This document shows positions 1 to 9,790 of a stretch of DNA of 57,024 nt, in pieces. The stretch is from a virus (Duplodnaviria; Caudoviricetes), in the IMG/VR virus record IMGVR_UViG_3300048074_000019, positions 1-57,024 of that record; one strand, 5' to 3'. The first letter of the stretch is position 1. The number at the start of each line of letters is the position of its first letter. The translations under genes and the position numbers were made by a program. The notes beneath the pieces are model-generated. The model saw only the letters and a list, made by a program, of their open reading frames with translations, was not told the origin of the DNA and ran no database searches.

Positions 1-125
1 CGCATCCGGAGCATGGCATCACGGCTCACTGGCAGGTCTACCTGGAGCGCCAGTTGACCCCGGTCAGCGAGGCGAAGCCGTGGGTGTCGTGGCAGGACTT
101 CGCTGACACGCGGACGCAATCCTGA
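1..125 (+). CDS. 3' end of a gene truncated by the window edge (HPEHGITAHWQVYL...), possibly a phage metallophosphoesterase-like protein
   Basis: Open frame from 3 to TGA 123-125, overlapping the TerL ATG (TGATG coupling); product guess is weak. Confidence 0.55.
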   Translation, partial: HPEHGITAHWQVYLERQLTPVSEAKPWVSWQDFADTRTQS

Positions 126-1579
126 TGGCCAGTATCGACTACCAGGCACCGCCGACCTGCGCGCGCTTTATGAAGAGCGATGCGTTCGGTCGGCTGATCG
201 CGGGCCCGGTCGGCAGTGGCAAAACCACGGCCACCGTAATCGAGTTGCTGCGGCGCTCCATCCTGCAGTCGCCCGCTGCCGACGGCTACCGCTACACGCG
301 CCATGCCATCGTCCGGCAGACGCTGAAGCAGTTGAAGGACACCGTCCTGAAGGACTGCCAGAACTGGCTTGGCGGCGTGGGATACTGGAAGGTGTCCGAG
401 AACACGTTCCACGTAGAGTTCGACAATGTGCGGTCCGAATGGATTTTTATTCCGCTGGAGGACGCGGAGGACCAGGCTCGCTTGCTCTCGATGCAGCTTA
501 CTGGCGCATGGCTGTCTGAATGTATTGAAATGGACCTCGATGTGGTTGGTCCTATCTCTGGCCGTCTGGGCCGGTATCCCTCCGGCGCTCAGGGTGTCCC
601 CACGTGGCACGGGTTCATTGCCGACACCAACTTCCCTACGGAGATGACGCCATGGCACTCCTACATGGAGAACCCGCCGCTCGGTGTTCAGATTTTCAAG
701 CAACCTTCTGGTCTAGCGCCTGAAGCGGAGAACCTGAACTGGCTCCTGCAGACGGAAGACACCATCAAGCTGCCGCTCGATCACCCGGTGCGGCTCGCGC
801 AGGGCCGCAAATACTATGAGCGGTTCGTCGAGATGTACGGCGAGGACAGCGACTGGGTGCGCCGTTATGTGAAGGCCGAGTATGGCGACGACCCGTCCGG
901 CGCCGCGGTCTACAAGGCGAGCTTCAAGTCTGACTTCCACATCGTCGAAGACACGATGCTGATCCCGGGTTATCCGATCCTGATCGGGCAGGACTTCGGG
1001 CGCAATCCGTGGAGCTTGATCTGCCAGATGGATCACCTCGGCCGGCTGATCGTTCACGAGGAAGTACCGGCGGTGAATATCGGGTTGGAGAAGCACGTTG
1101 AGCAGAACCTGCGCCCGCGTCTGTTCTCCAACAAATACCTCGGCTACAAGGTCTGCTGTGTCGGCGACCCCAGCGGCGTGGCCAAGGGCAACGTCAGCGA
1201 GGAGAGTTGCTTCGACGCGCTGAACCGCCTCGGCCTGCCGTGCTTCCCCGCGCCGACAAACGACATAGAGCCCCGCATCCGTGCGGTCGAAGCGCTGTTG
1301 GGCCAGCAGGTCAACGGCGGCCCGAAGCTGATGATCTCGCGCAAGGGAGCACCGTTCCTGTGTCGCGCGATGAGCGGTGGCTACCGCTTCACGAAATTCA
1401 AGACCGGCGCGTTGAAGACTGTGCCGGAGAAGAACGACAAAGAGGGGTTCTCGCACGTCGCGGACGACCTGCAGTACGTCGCGCTCGTGGTGCACGGCGG
1501 CGTCGTGCCCGAGATCAGCCGGCGCCTGCGCCCCCGCAACAAGAAGCGCGCGCCGGTGTCTGCGGCCGGCTGGACTTAA
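125..1579 (+). CDS. terL: terminase large subunit
   Basis: Walker A GPVGSGKT, Walker B-like AWLSE, nuclease motifs GQDFG and SHVADDLQY. Confidence 0.93.
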   Translation: MASIDYQAPPTCARFMKSDAFGRLIAGPVGSGKTTATVIELLRRSILQSPAADGYRYTRHAIVRQTLKQLKDTVLKDCQNWLGGVGYWKVSENTFHVEFDNVRSEWIFIPLEDAEDQARLLSMQLTGAWLSECIEMDLDVVGPISGRLGRYPSGAQGVPTWHGFIADTNFPTEMTPWHSYMENPPLGVQIFKQPSGLAPEAENLNWLLQTEDTIKLPLDHPVRLAQGRKYYERFVEMYGEDSDWVRRYVKAEYGDDPSGAAVYKASFKSDFHIVEDTMLIPGYPILIGQDFGRNPWSLICQMDHLGRLIVHEEVPAVNIGLEKHVEQNLRPRLFSNKYLGYKVCCVGDPSGVAKGNVSEESCFDALNRLGLPCFPAPTNDIEPRIRAVEALLGQQVNGGPKLMISRKGAPFLCRAMSGGYRFTKFKTGALKTVPEKNDKEGFSHVADDLQYVALVVHGGVVPEISRRLRPRNKKRAPVSAAGWT

Positions 1580-1851
1580 AGGACGTCTGGTTCGTCCGGC
1601 AGCGCGGGCTGTTGGAGGGCTGCCCGATACTGGGCTTCCATCATGATCACGCGGGCTTTCAGCCTGGCGATCTTGCGGATGCGCCGGGTCGCGATGATCC
1701 GCTGCACGGTCGCACTTTCGTAAATCTGGATACAATACCAGCCCATGGCTACCAGGGCTGCGATCGCCGGGGCCCACCCCATAAAGGTGCCGATGATCGC
1801 GCCAACAGACACAATGTTGCCGACCCACTGATTGATTACGTTGTTGTCCAT
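1576..1851 (-). CDS. small membrane protein, holin-like
   Basis: 91 aa, hydrophobic helices followed by IQIYESATVQ and a basic tail; GGAG upstream; fills the TerL-portal gap. Confidence 0.6.
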   Translation of the reverse strand: MDNNVINQWVGNIVSVGAIIGTFMGWAPAIAALVAMGWYCIQIYESATVQRIIATRRIRKIARLKARVIMMEAQYRAALQQPALPDEPDVL

Positions 1852-1984
1852 CGGAGGTGCTCCCAGTTACCGGAAACGGGTGGCACGATCGAGGTTAACA
1901 TTTCGCTAGGGGTGGGGCCGTTAAGAAGTTTTTAGGACCAGCCATGCAATGGCGTTATGCTCATCTCGCGAGACTTGTATAATC

Positions 1985-4312
1985 ATGGCAGACCTCGGGC
2001 AAAACGGCGTCATCCAGTTTACTCCCCCGGCGCAACTGGAGCAGCAGCTTGCGGACGCCGCCGCGATGAAGGCGAAGATGGCCGCGCCGCAGCCGTCGCA
2101 GCCCCAGTATCCGGAACTTGCCGGCTACGTGAAGGCGCAGTTCGAGATTTTCCGCAACCACCGCAACACGCAGGCCGGCTGGAGCAATCGCATGCTCGCG
2201 GCGCTGCGCTCGTTCAACGGACAGTATGATCCGACCAAGCTCGTCGAGATCACGAAGTGGGGTGGCTCCACGGTCTACGCGCGCCTGATCGCGCAGAAGT
2301 GCCGCGCGGCGTCGTCGCTGTTGCGCGACATCTATCTCGGCCCGGATATCCCGTGGACCCTGCAGCCGCCGAAGGACCCAGAGGTTCCGGAAGACATCGC
2401 CGCCAAGATCGACGCGCTCGTGAAGGCCGAAGAGCAGAAGGTGACGCAGCAGCTTGGGCAGCCGCCGAGCCCGAGCGACTTGGCGGAGCGCCGGCGCGCG
2501 CTGCTCGAACAGGCGCAGGATGCGGTCAAGCGCAAGGTTGCGCAGCAGGCCCGCACGTCGAGCGACAAAATCCAGGATATGCTGACGCAGGGCGGTTACT
2601 ACCACGCGCTCGCGGAGTTCCTCGTCGACCTGCCGATCTTCCCGTTCGCCTGCATCAAAGGGCCGGTGGTCAAGGTTATCCCGACGGTGGTGTGGCCGCC
2701 GAACGGTGGGCAGCCGACTGTCAAGCAGACCCCGACCCTGACGTGGAACCGGGTCTCCCCCTTCGACATCTGGTTCACGCCCGGCGTCGCGGACATCGAA
2801 AACGCAAATGTGATCGAGAAGCTTCGCGTCACGCGCGCGGAACTCAACGACTTGCTCGACCTGCCAGGATACAATACATCGGAAATCCGGGCGGTGCTGG
2901 ACGAGTACGGCCGCGGCGGATTGTATGACAACTGGGACACCACCGACGCCGAGCGAAGCGTGCTGGAGAACAGGGAGAACCCGGCGTGGAACCGCTCCGG
3001 GATGATCTCGATGATGGAGTTCAACGGCAATGTCCAGGGGCGTATCCTGCAAGACTACGGTATGCCGGTTCAGGACGAGCTTCGGGACTATCACGTTCAG
3101 GTGTGGGTCATCGGGTCTCATGTCATTAAGTGCCATATGTCGCCCAGCCCGCGGCAGCGGCATCCTTACTTCATTACTTCGTTCGAGAAGGTGCCTGGCA
3201 CACCCGTCGGGAATGGCCTCACTGATCTTCTTCAGGACCTGCAGGAGAGTGCCAACGCAACGTTGCGCTCGCTGATCAACAACATCTCGATTTCGTCTGG
3301 CCCCCAGGTGGTCATCAACGACGACATGCTGGCGCCGGAAGAGAACGGAGAGGACCTGTATCCATGGAAGCGATGGCACACCCGCAACGATCCGATGACG
3401 TCGAGCGGCAAGCAGCCGATCAGCTTCTTCATGCCGGCGTCGAACGCGCAGCAACTTATTTCGGTCTATCAGGAGTTTGTGGCCATTGCGGACGACGTCT
3501 CGGCCATCCCGAAGTATGTCGGTGGACAGGCTGGTGGTGGTGCGGGTCGGACAGCGTCTGGCCTCGCCATGCTGATGGGCAACGCGAGCAAAATCCTCCA
3601 GACAGTGTCGGCGAACATTGACCGCGATGTGATCGAGGGGTCCATGATGCAGTTGCAGGACCTGCTGCTGCTGACGGACAAATCGGGCCTACTGTCGGGC
3701 AACGAACGCCTCACCGTGCAGGGCGTCAACGTGGCGATCCAGCGCGAGACGCTGCGCCAGCGCCAGATCGAGTTCTTGACCGCGACGAACAACCCGACCG
3801 ACTTGAAGATCATGGGCATCAAGGGTCGCAGCGTCGTGCTGCGTTCGGTGTCGACGACGATCGGCATGCCTGGCGAGGAGATCGTGCCGCCGGAAGACCA
3901 GATCGACCGCATGATGCAGGAAGAGCAGCGTGCCAAGCAGCAGGGTAGCATCGACGCGGCCGTTGCCAAGGCGGTCTCCAGCGGTGTCGAGGCTGGTGTC
4001 AAGCGCATCACGACCGAACTCACGTCCGGTATTTTGGCGACGCACGCCCAGATGCCGCAGGGTAATCCGACGCATATCGGAACGCCTGGCGATCCATCGT
4101 TCGGCCAGGGTCAGAACCACACTAACAATCCGGATATGGACCTCGGCCAACAGCAGTCGTCGCCGCAGCAGCCGGGTTCCATGGCTCACGGCGCCGCTCA
4201 GGCGCAAGGCCGCCAGCCGACGCCGCTCTCGAACTCCATGGGACCGCAGACGCACCTGACGGGTAACCAGCCAGGTCCGCACGCCAAGCCAGTGAGCGGG
4301 GGTGTTGGATGA
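1985..4312 (+). CDS. portal protein with Q/P/G-rich C-terminal extension
   Basis: Follows TerL; podoviral portal motifs (RVSPFDIWF, ITSFEKVPG..GNGL, RTASGLAMLMG); start ATG 1985 preferred over 1949. Confidence 0.88.
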   Translation: MADLGQNGVIQFTPPAQLEQQLADAAAMKAKMAAPQPSQPQYPELAGYVKAQFEIFRNHRNTQAGWSNRMLAALRSFNGQYDPTKLVEITKWGGSTVYARLIAQKCRAASSLLRDIYLGPDIPWTLQPPKDPEVPEDIAAKIDALVKAEEQKVTQQLGQPPSPSDLAERRRALLEQAQDAVKRKVAQQARTSSDKIQDMLTQGGYYHALAEFLVDLPIFPFACIKGPVVKVIPTVVWPPNGGQPTVKQTPTLTWNRVSPFDIWFTPGVADIENANVIEKLRVTRAELNDLLDLPGYNTSEIRAVLDEYGRGGLYDNWDTTDAERSVLENRENPAWNRSGMISMMEFNGNVQGRILQDYGMPVQDELRDYHVQVWVIGSHVIKCHMSPSPRQRHPYFITSFEKVPGTPVGNGLTDLLQDLQESANATLRSLINNISISSGPQVVINDDMLAPEENGEDLYPWKRWHTRNDPMTSSGKQPISFFMPASNAQQLISVYQEFVAIADDVSAIPKYVGGQAGGGAGRTASGLAMLMGNASKILQTVSANIDRDVIEGSMMQLQDLLLLTDKSGLLSGNERLTVQGVNVAIQRETLRQRQIEFLTATNNPTDLKIMGIKGRSVVLRSVSTTIGMPGEEIVPPEDQIDRMMQEEQRAKQQGSIDAAVAKAVSSGVEAGVKRITTELTSGILATHAQMPQGNPTHIGTPGDPSFGQGQNHTNNPDMDLGQQQSSPQQPGSMAHGAAQAQGRQPTPLSNSMGPQTHLTGNQPGPHAKPVSGGVG

Positions 4313-4587
4313 CCGTCAACACACAGAAGCTCGTGCGCGTCATTGCCGGCCCGACAGGCCCCACGGGGACCTTTCAGGGGGTCCGGATTTTCGCCAACGC
4401 GACCGGCCCTACCGGCTTGTTTCCGCAATGGGGTCAGATCAACCCGCAGCAGATGGCGACCGGGACGACCGGCCCTGTCGGCGGCCGGTACGAAACTGTC
4501 TACCCAGTTGGCGCGACGGCGTATGCCGAGGCCCCAACCGGTACGTTCAAGACTGTCTGCATTCCGGGCTACACCGGACCGGCTTAA
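4309..4587 (+). CDS. small protein with GPT collagen-like triplets, probable virion protein
   Basis: GPTGPTGT, ATGPTG, TGTTGPVG; ATGA overlap with the portal stop. Confidence 0.7.
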   Translation: MTVNTQKLVRVIAGPTGPTGTFQGVRIFANATGPTGLFPQWGQINPQQMATGTTGPVGGRYETVYPVGATAYAEAPTGTFKTVCIPGYTGPA

Positions 4588-4647
4588 GCATTTAGTTAGA
4601 GTTCAATCGTAGAGAGGGAGCAGGCACCGCCTGTCAGGGGATTTGAG

Positions 4648-5163
4648 ATGACCATTCTTTCATCGAGCAATTACGATCGCAACATGCTCGGCCCCGTGCT
4701 GAAGCAGGTGGTCGACGCCATCAATTCAGGTTCAGTCGGCGGTCCGACCGGCGCTGCAGGCGCAACAGGCCCGACCGGCGGTACCACGGGGGCACGAGGC
4801 CCGACCGGCGCCACCGGCGCTGCAGGCGCAACCGGCCCGACCGGTCCCGCTACGCAGATCGGACCCGCGGGTCCGCAGGGTGCTCAGGGTATCACCGGCG
4901 CCACCGGCGCCACTGGCCAGGGCAATACCGGCCCGGCAGGTCCTGTCGGTGCGACTGGCCCGAGCCCGGGTGTTACGGGTCCGACCGGCGCCACTGGTCT
5001 CGGCCGTACTGGTCCGACCGGCGCGCGCGGTGCGACCGGCGCCACGGGCAACACGGGTCCGACCGGCACCACCTCCATCATCGTTATCCCGCCCTCGTCC
5101 GATCCGCACGTGGAAGGCCAGGTCTGGAACAACGCTGGCGTGCTGACCGTTTCGGCCGGCTAA
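4648..5163 (+). CDS. collagen-like (G-X-T) protein, probable capsid fibre/decoration
   Basis: About 110 aa of GPT/GAT triplets; C-terminal [23 protein letters not shown]. Confidence 0.85.
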   Translation: MTILSSSNYDRNMLGPVLKQVVDAINSGSVGGPTGAAGATGPTGGTTGARGPTGATGAAGATGPTGPATQIGPAGPQGAQGITGATGATGQGNTGPAGPVGATGPSPGVTGPTGATGLGRTGPTGARGATGATGNTGPTGTTSIIVIPPSSDPHVEGQVWNNAGVLTVSAG

Positions 5164-5176
5164 CAGGGAGACCACC

Positions 5177-5746
5177 ATGACGCGCGTCCCCCCGATTATC
5201 CCGGTGCCGAGTTCGTCGTCGCATGACACGTTCGACGACAACCGTATCCCCGTCGTTCTGAAGATGGCGGTCGATCTGGTCAACACGAAGCAAATCCCGG
5301 GCCCGCAGGGTTCAACCGGACCTACCGGCCCGACGGCCGGCGGTGTGAGCCCGACCGGTGCCACTGGCTTTACGGGTCCGACCGGGGCACTCCCGACCGG
5401 CCCGGCTGGCGTGGTGGGCCCGACCGGCAACACTGGCTACCAAGGCCCACGTGGCCCTGTCGGCCCGCTTGCGAGTGCGTCACAGAACGGCAACGCCACA
5501 GGTCCGACCGGCAACACCGGTCCGCAGGGTTCGAGTACCGGCCCCGCGGGGAACACTGGTCCTCAGTCGGCGACCGGTGCAACTGGTCCGGCCGGTACGA
5601 CTGGCCAGCGCGGCATCGTCGGTGCAGCAGGCCCGGTTGTGACCGTGAAGTGGATACCGCCGGTCGACAACCCGCACATCAACGGTGCGGTGTGGAACCC
5701 CGGTGGACAGACCGGCCCGGGAGTGCTACGCATCTCCAACGGCTAA
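5177..5746 (+). CDS. collagen-like (G-X-T) protein, paralogue of 4648-5163
   Basis: GPT repeats; similar N-terminal helix and C-terminal [18 protein letters not shown]; GGAG SD. Confidence 0.85.
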   Translation: MTRVPPIIPVPSSSSHDTFDDNRIPVVLKMAVDLVNTKQIPGPQGSTGPTGPTAGGVSPTGATGFTGPTGALPTGPAGVVGPTGNTGYQGPRGPVGPLASASQNGNATGPTGNTGPQGSSTGPAGNTGPQSATGATGPAGTTGQRGIVGAAGPVVTVKWIPPVDNPHINGAVWNPGGQTGPGVLRISNG

Positions 5747-5786
5747 CGCCACCACCATAACCCTGACCCCCAACTCAGGATGCCCA

Positions 5787-7796
5787 ATGACCAAGCCCTC
5801 GCTTGCTCTGAATATGATCGTCAAGAACGAGGCAGCACGTATCGAGCGCTGCCTCCGCTCCGTCCTCCCCTACGTGAAAGCCGTGTCGATCATCGACACT
5901 GGGTCCACTGACGAGACGCGCGAGATCATCACGCGCGTGTGCGCCGAATACTGCGTCCCACAATTTACGCACGCGGGCGTGTTTGAGAATTTTTCTCAAG
6001 CGCGCAACGATGCGTTCGCATTCGCCCAGCGAAACAACGGCGGCTGCTTGCCGTTCTGCCAGTTCGCACTCCTCGTCGATGCGGATATGGAGCTTGTCGT
6101 CACCGACCCCACGGCCTTCGACAACCTCAACGCCGGCGCGCTGTCCTACGACATGATGCAGAAGGGCGGTGCGGTCTCCTACATGAACCGTCGCCTCGCC
6201 AATCTGCAGGCGCGCGATAACCCGTATGTCGGCGTTACGCACGAGTACCTGGACCTCCCCGCTGCGGGCCTGATCACCGGTGCTAGCTTCATCGATCATG
6301 CGGACGGTGCGAACCGGGTGAACAAGTTCGAGCGCGATGCGGCGTTGCTTGAGGCTGCCCTCGATGTAGAGCCGACCAACGCCCGCTACTGGTACTACCT
6401 CGGCAACACGTATCGTGATTGGCGGCGCCCAGCGCTCGCTGCCGAGGCCTACAAGAAACGGATTGAATTGGGTGGGTGGGATGAAGAGACCCACAGTGCG
6501 ATGATGAACCTCGCCTTCACTCATCGTGATCGCGGTGACCCCGATGCTTTTGTACGACAGATGGTGGACGCCTATGCGTTCCGGCCCTCGCGTGCGGAGC
6601 CGCTCTACGATCTTGCGAAGTATTACCGGGAGAAAGGGAACAACGCCGCGGCGCTGCTCTTTGCCACTGCCGGGATCAACAAGAAGCGCCCTGACGATGT
6701 CCTCTTTGTCAACGATTTTGTATACAGCCACGGTTTGCGTTATGAGTACGCTGTCGCGGGATTTTATGACCCGGCGACATGCGCACGCGCGGCTGAGATT
6801 ACGAATGAGCTTGCTCTTGATCCAGCGTGCCCGGCCGAGCATCGCGCGAGCGCCCGGTCGAACCTATACTGGTTCACCGAGCCGCTGAAACAACTTTGCC
6901 CATCGCTCGAACCGGTACGCCTAAACTTCGTGCCGCCGCATGGATACGAAGCGATGAACCCGTCGGTCGAAGTCGATCAGGGAACGATCATGTGCAATAT
7001 CCGGTGCGTCAACTACCGGATCGATGCGCGTGGCGCGTACATTATCCACGGCGGCGGTGAGGCGATTGAAACGCGCAATTTCGTCGCCATGCTGGAGCCG
7101 GAGTGGTTGACCACCCACAATGTTGCAGAAGTGCTATGGCATCGTCCTCCGCCGCGTTTCGGGCTTGTGTTGGGTTTGGAAGATATCCGGCTCTGGCGAT
7201 ACTGTGGCCATCTTCATTTCAGCGCGACGGTGCGCGAGCAGTGCAACACCGGCACCTGTCAGATCGTGACGGGATCATTGGCTTATGACCCATCGAACAC
7301 GAAGTATATGGTGGTGCAGCCGGAGTGGGAGCCGGTCACGGGCGAAGAGCAGCACGAGAAAAACTGGATGCCCATGCCGTCGCGGCCATCCGGGCCTCCG
7401 CGCTTCATGTACCGCTGCAACTCGACGGTCGAACTCGGCAGGCCGAGTACAGTTACCCGCACCGACACTCCGTTCTATGTCGACGAGATCAGCGGGTCGT
7501 CCCAGTTGGTCCCGTTCAAAAACGGCTATCTCGCGGTGGTTCATGAAGCGGCGGCGGGCCCGGATGGAAAGCGAACGTACTGGCATCGCTTCGCGTGGTT
7601 CACCCTGCAGGGTGAGTTGCATAGGCTCAGTAAGCCGTTCGTGTTCTTTGCTCGCCAGATCGAATTTTGCGCGGGGCTAGCGCTGCATCCGGACGGGCGC
7701 CGCCTATTGATTTCGTTCGGTGTTCGCGACGAAGAGGCGTGGGTCGCCACGGTGCAGATCGAAGAAGTCGCGACACTGCTACGGGAGTACAAATGA
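5787..7796 (+). CDS. GT2 glycosyltransferase + TPR + C-terminal beta-propeller-like (glycoside hydrolase-like) domain
   Basis: LNMIVKNE, DTGSTD, NFSQARN, DAD (DxD), GVTHEY; TPR segment RYWYYLGNTY/RAEPLYDLA; C-terminal NPS, GLEDIRL, EKNWMP, IEFCAGL, SFGVRD. Confidence 0.88.
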   Translation: MTKPSLALNMIVKNEAARIERCLRSVLPYVKAVSIIDTGSTDETREIITRVCAEYCVPQFTHAGVFENFSQARNDAFAFAQRNNGGCLPFCQFALLVDADMELVVTDPTAFDNLNAGALSYDMMQKGGAVSYMNRRLANLQARDNPYVGVTHEYLDLPAAGLITGASFIDHADGANRVNKFERDAALLEAALDVEPTNARYWYYLGNTYRDWRRPALAAEAYKKRIELGGWDEETHSAMMNLAFTHRDRGDPDAFVRQMVDAYAFRPSRAEPLYDLAKYYREKGNNAAALLFATAGINKKRPDDVLFVNDFVYSHGLRYEYAVAGFYDPATCARAAEITNELALDPACPAEHRASARSNLYWFTEPLKQLCPSLEPVRLNFVPPHGYEAMNPSVEVDQGTIMCNIRCVNYRIDARGAYIIHGGGEAIETRNFVAMLEPEWLTTHNVAEVLWHRPPPRFGLVLGLEDIRLWRYCGHLHFSATVREQCNTGTCQIVTGSLAYDPSNTKYMVVQPEWEPVTGEEQHEKNWMPMPSRPSGPPRFMYRCNSTVELGRPSTVTRTDTPFYVDEISGSSQLVPFKNGYLAVVHEAAAGPDGKRTYWHRFAWFTLQGELHRLSKPFVFFARQIEFCAGLALHPDGRRLLISFGVRDEEAWVATVQIEEVATLLREYK

Positions 7797-8455
7797 AAGC
7801 GGTCCTCGTTACGGGCTACATCCCGATCCCGAACCACCCCCGCACCGCGGCGGAATACGGCGAGCTTGGCGAGAAGCTGAGCGGCGTCCCGGTACCGAAG
7901 AAGGCGTTCTATAGCCGCTTCCAGGACACCTGGATGGCGAAGTACATTCTGAAGCTACCGTTCACGCCGCAGCCGTCCCAGTATGACAACCCGGCCAAGA
8001 ACACGACGATCTACCATTGTGTGAACCACCAGAAGACATCCTGGCTCGTGCAGGCGGCCGACGAGCATCCGTCTGCAGATGTGCTGGTGTGGGTGGATTA
8101 TGGTATCTTCCGTCTCCCGGGCGTCACCAACCAGGCGATCTACGAGTTCATGGAGAAGCTCGACGACAAGGCGATCTATGCGCCGGGTTGCTGGGCGCCG
8201 CCGGAGGCGGTTGAAAGCGCGTATCCGTGCTGGCGATTTTGTGGCTCGGTCCTCGCCGTCCCGCGCAAGCTGGTTGACGACCTGGACTACACCTGTCGGG
8301 TCACTGCAAGGCAACATATTGCGAAGACGCGGAACGTCGAGTGGGAAGTGAACACATGGGCGCGCGTCGAGAAGAAAAACCCCCGCCTGCCGTTCCACTG
8401 GTATCAGGCGGACCACGACGTCAGCATGTTTACAAATTTGGAGGTGAAACCATGA
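7793..8455 (+). CDS. HtrL/YibB (WlaTC)-like glycosyltransferase
   Basis: WVDYGIF and WRFCGSVL motifs, K..WL..A segment; ATGA overlap. Confidence 0.72.
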   Translation: MKAVLVTGYIPIPNHPRTAAEYGELGEKLSGVPVPKKAFYSRFQDTWMAKYILKLPFTPQPSQYDNPAKNTTIYHCVNHQKTSWLVQAADEHPSADVLVWVDYGIFRLPGVTNQAIYEFMEKLDDKAIYAPGCWAPPEAVESAYPCWRFCGSVLAVPRKLVDDLDYTCRVTARQHIAKTRNVEWEVNTWARVEKKNPRLPFHWYQADHDVSMFTNLEVKP

Positions 8456-9072
8456 GCCAGCTTCGTGTCGAGAGCGACGAAAAAGTCCTGTCCGATTTGT
8501 TTGTCAAGTACGGGACCGACAAGGGTATCTGGGGCTACACGCCATATTACGCTGCGCTCATGGGCCCGGCGCGCTTCCACGTGCGACGAGTGCTTGAAGT
8601 TGGCATCTGCGGCTATCGAGATATCCCGAACAATGTCGTCGGCGCCAGCCTGTTCGTCTGGCGTGACTTTTTCCCGAACGCGATGATCTTCGGCGTCGAC
8701 ATCGATCGCCGGTTCATCTTCAACGACCAGGACCGCATCCGAACGGCCCAGGTGGACGCTTACGATCAGGACGCGTTACACCAGGTGCTCGTGCACTTTG
8801 CGCGCACCGCGGGCGGTCACAACGACGACCCGCGCTTCGATATGATCGTCGATGATGCCGTGCACGATCCGGCGCCGCAAATCCAGTTGATGAACCAACT
8901 CGGTGAGTGGATGCTGCCGGGCGGCCATTACTTCATGGAGGACGTTGGCCCCTATAAGCTCCAGGACGGCGATGTGATCGCCGGGATCATGTCCCAGATC
9001 ACGGGATTTACTGGTGTGTCCGCCGGCCTCCTGCCGTCAAAACCGGAAGAGCTAGTGATCGGTGTTAAGTAG
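8452..9072 (+). CDS. class I SAM-dependent methyltransferase, sugar O-methyltransferase (MycE-like)
   Basis: KYGTDK..YTPYY, VLEVGI, GASLFVWRDFFPNA.IFGVDI, FDMIVDDAVH; ATGA overlap. Confidence 0.82.
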   Translation: MSQLRVESDEKVLSDLFVKYGTDKGIWGYTPYYAALMGPARFHVRRVLEVGICGYRDIPNNVVGASLFVWRDFFPNAMIFGVDIDRRFIFNDQDRIRTAQVDAYDQDALHQVLVHFARTAGGHNDDPRFDMIVDDAVHDPAPQIQLMNQLGEWMLPGGHYFMEDVGPYKLQDGDVIAGIMSQITGFTGVSAGLLPSKPEELVIGVK

Positions 9073-9135
9073 TCTTTAAGTCATGACGGCTTAGGTTTAC
9101 CCGCACAAGTTATCCCGCTACAGGAGACGACAGCT

Positions 9136-9357
9136 ATGGCTGGTTTCACCAAGAAGTCCGAGCACAATGTCGAGTTCGCCAAGGGTGGCAAGACGAAGAT
9201 GTTCGGAGAGCAGGCCGCTGCCGAGATGCCGTCAGGCACCACGGACAAGGGCGACAAGAGCGGTCCGGGCGAGAAGTTCGCCTCCGGCGGTTCGGGCAAG
9301 ATGTTCGGCTATGCCGGCTCGCAGCCCGCCCAGGCCGGCATCACCAGCGCACGCTAA
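9136..9357 (+). CDS. small hypothetical virion-associated protein with duplicated FAxGG..KMFG motif
   Basis: AGGAG SD; internal repeat EFAKGGKTKMFG / KFASGGSGKMFG. Confidence 0.75.
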   Translation: MAGFTKKSEHNVEFAKGGKTKMFGEQAAAEMPSGTTDKGDKSGPGEKFASGGSGKMFGYAGSQPAQAGITSAR

Positions 9358-9569
9358 TGCAGCGCGGCGCGATCAAGTCCGGTGGTCCCGGAGTTCCGAA
9401 GTCCGTCCCGAAACCCGGGGCGGCCTCGGCCGTTGGTCCGTCGGGCGCCGCCCCCAAGCCGCGTGTGAAGAACACCCGTGACTATGGGAAGCGTGACCCA
9501 CTTCCACCGCCGGTAGCGAGCCCGAGCCCGTTTGGGACGTCCGGCGGCTCTCGTCTTGGGGGCATCTGA
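9357..9569 (+). CDS. small P/G-rich hypothetical protein
   Basis: TAATG coupling with the upstream gene. Confidence 0.6.
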   Translation: MQRGAIKSGGPGVPKSVPKPGAASAVGPSGAAPKPRVKNTRDYGKRDPLPPPVASPSPFGTSGGSRLGGI

Positions 9570-9790
9570 TGTTGAAGAAGCACATGACCCCCCTCACCAA
9601 AAAGGGAACCCTGGATAACGCCCCGAACAAGGGCTCAAACCAGCGTTCGCTCCCGGCAGCCGCCACCGGCGGAGGCCCGGCCAGTTTTCAGTCCTACGGC
9701 AAAGCAACCCCCATGGCTCAGCCCCAGCGACCTGCTCCCGCACCTGACGGTCTCGGTTCCGGTCACTGGAGCGGAAACGGCATCGCTTGA
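9569..9790 (+). CDS. small hypothetical protein
   Basis: TGATG coupling. Confidence 0.65.
   Translation: MLKKHMTPLTKKGTLDNAPNKGSNQRSLPAAATGGGPASFQSYGKATPMAQPQRPAPAPDGLGSGHWSGNGIA

Noticed and set aside
1978-1983. TATAAT as the -10 box of the portal gene
   Set aside because: Only 1 nt before the ATG, too close even for a leaderless transcript, and no matching -35
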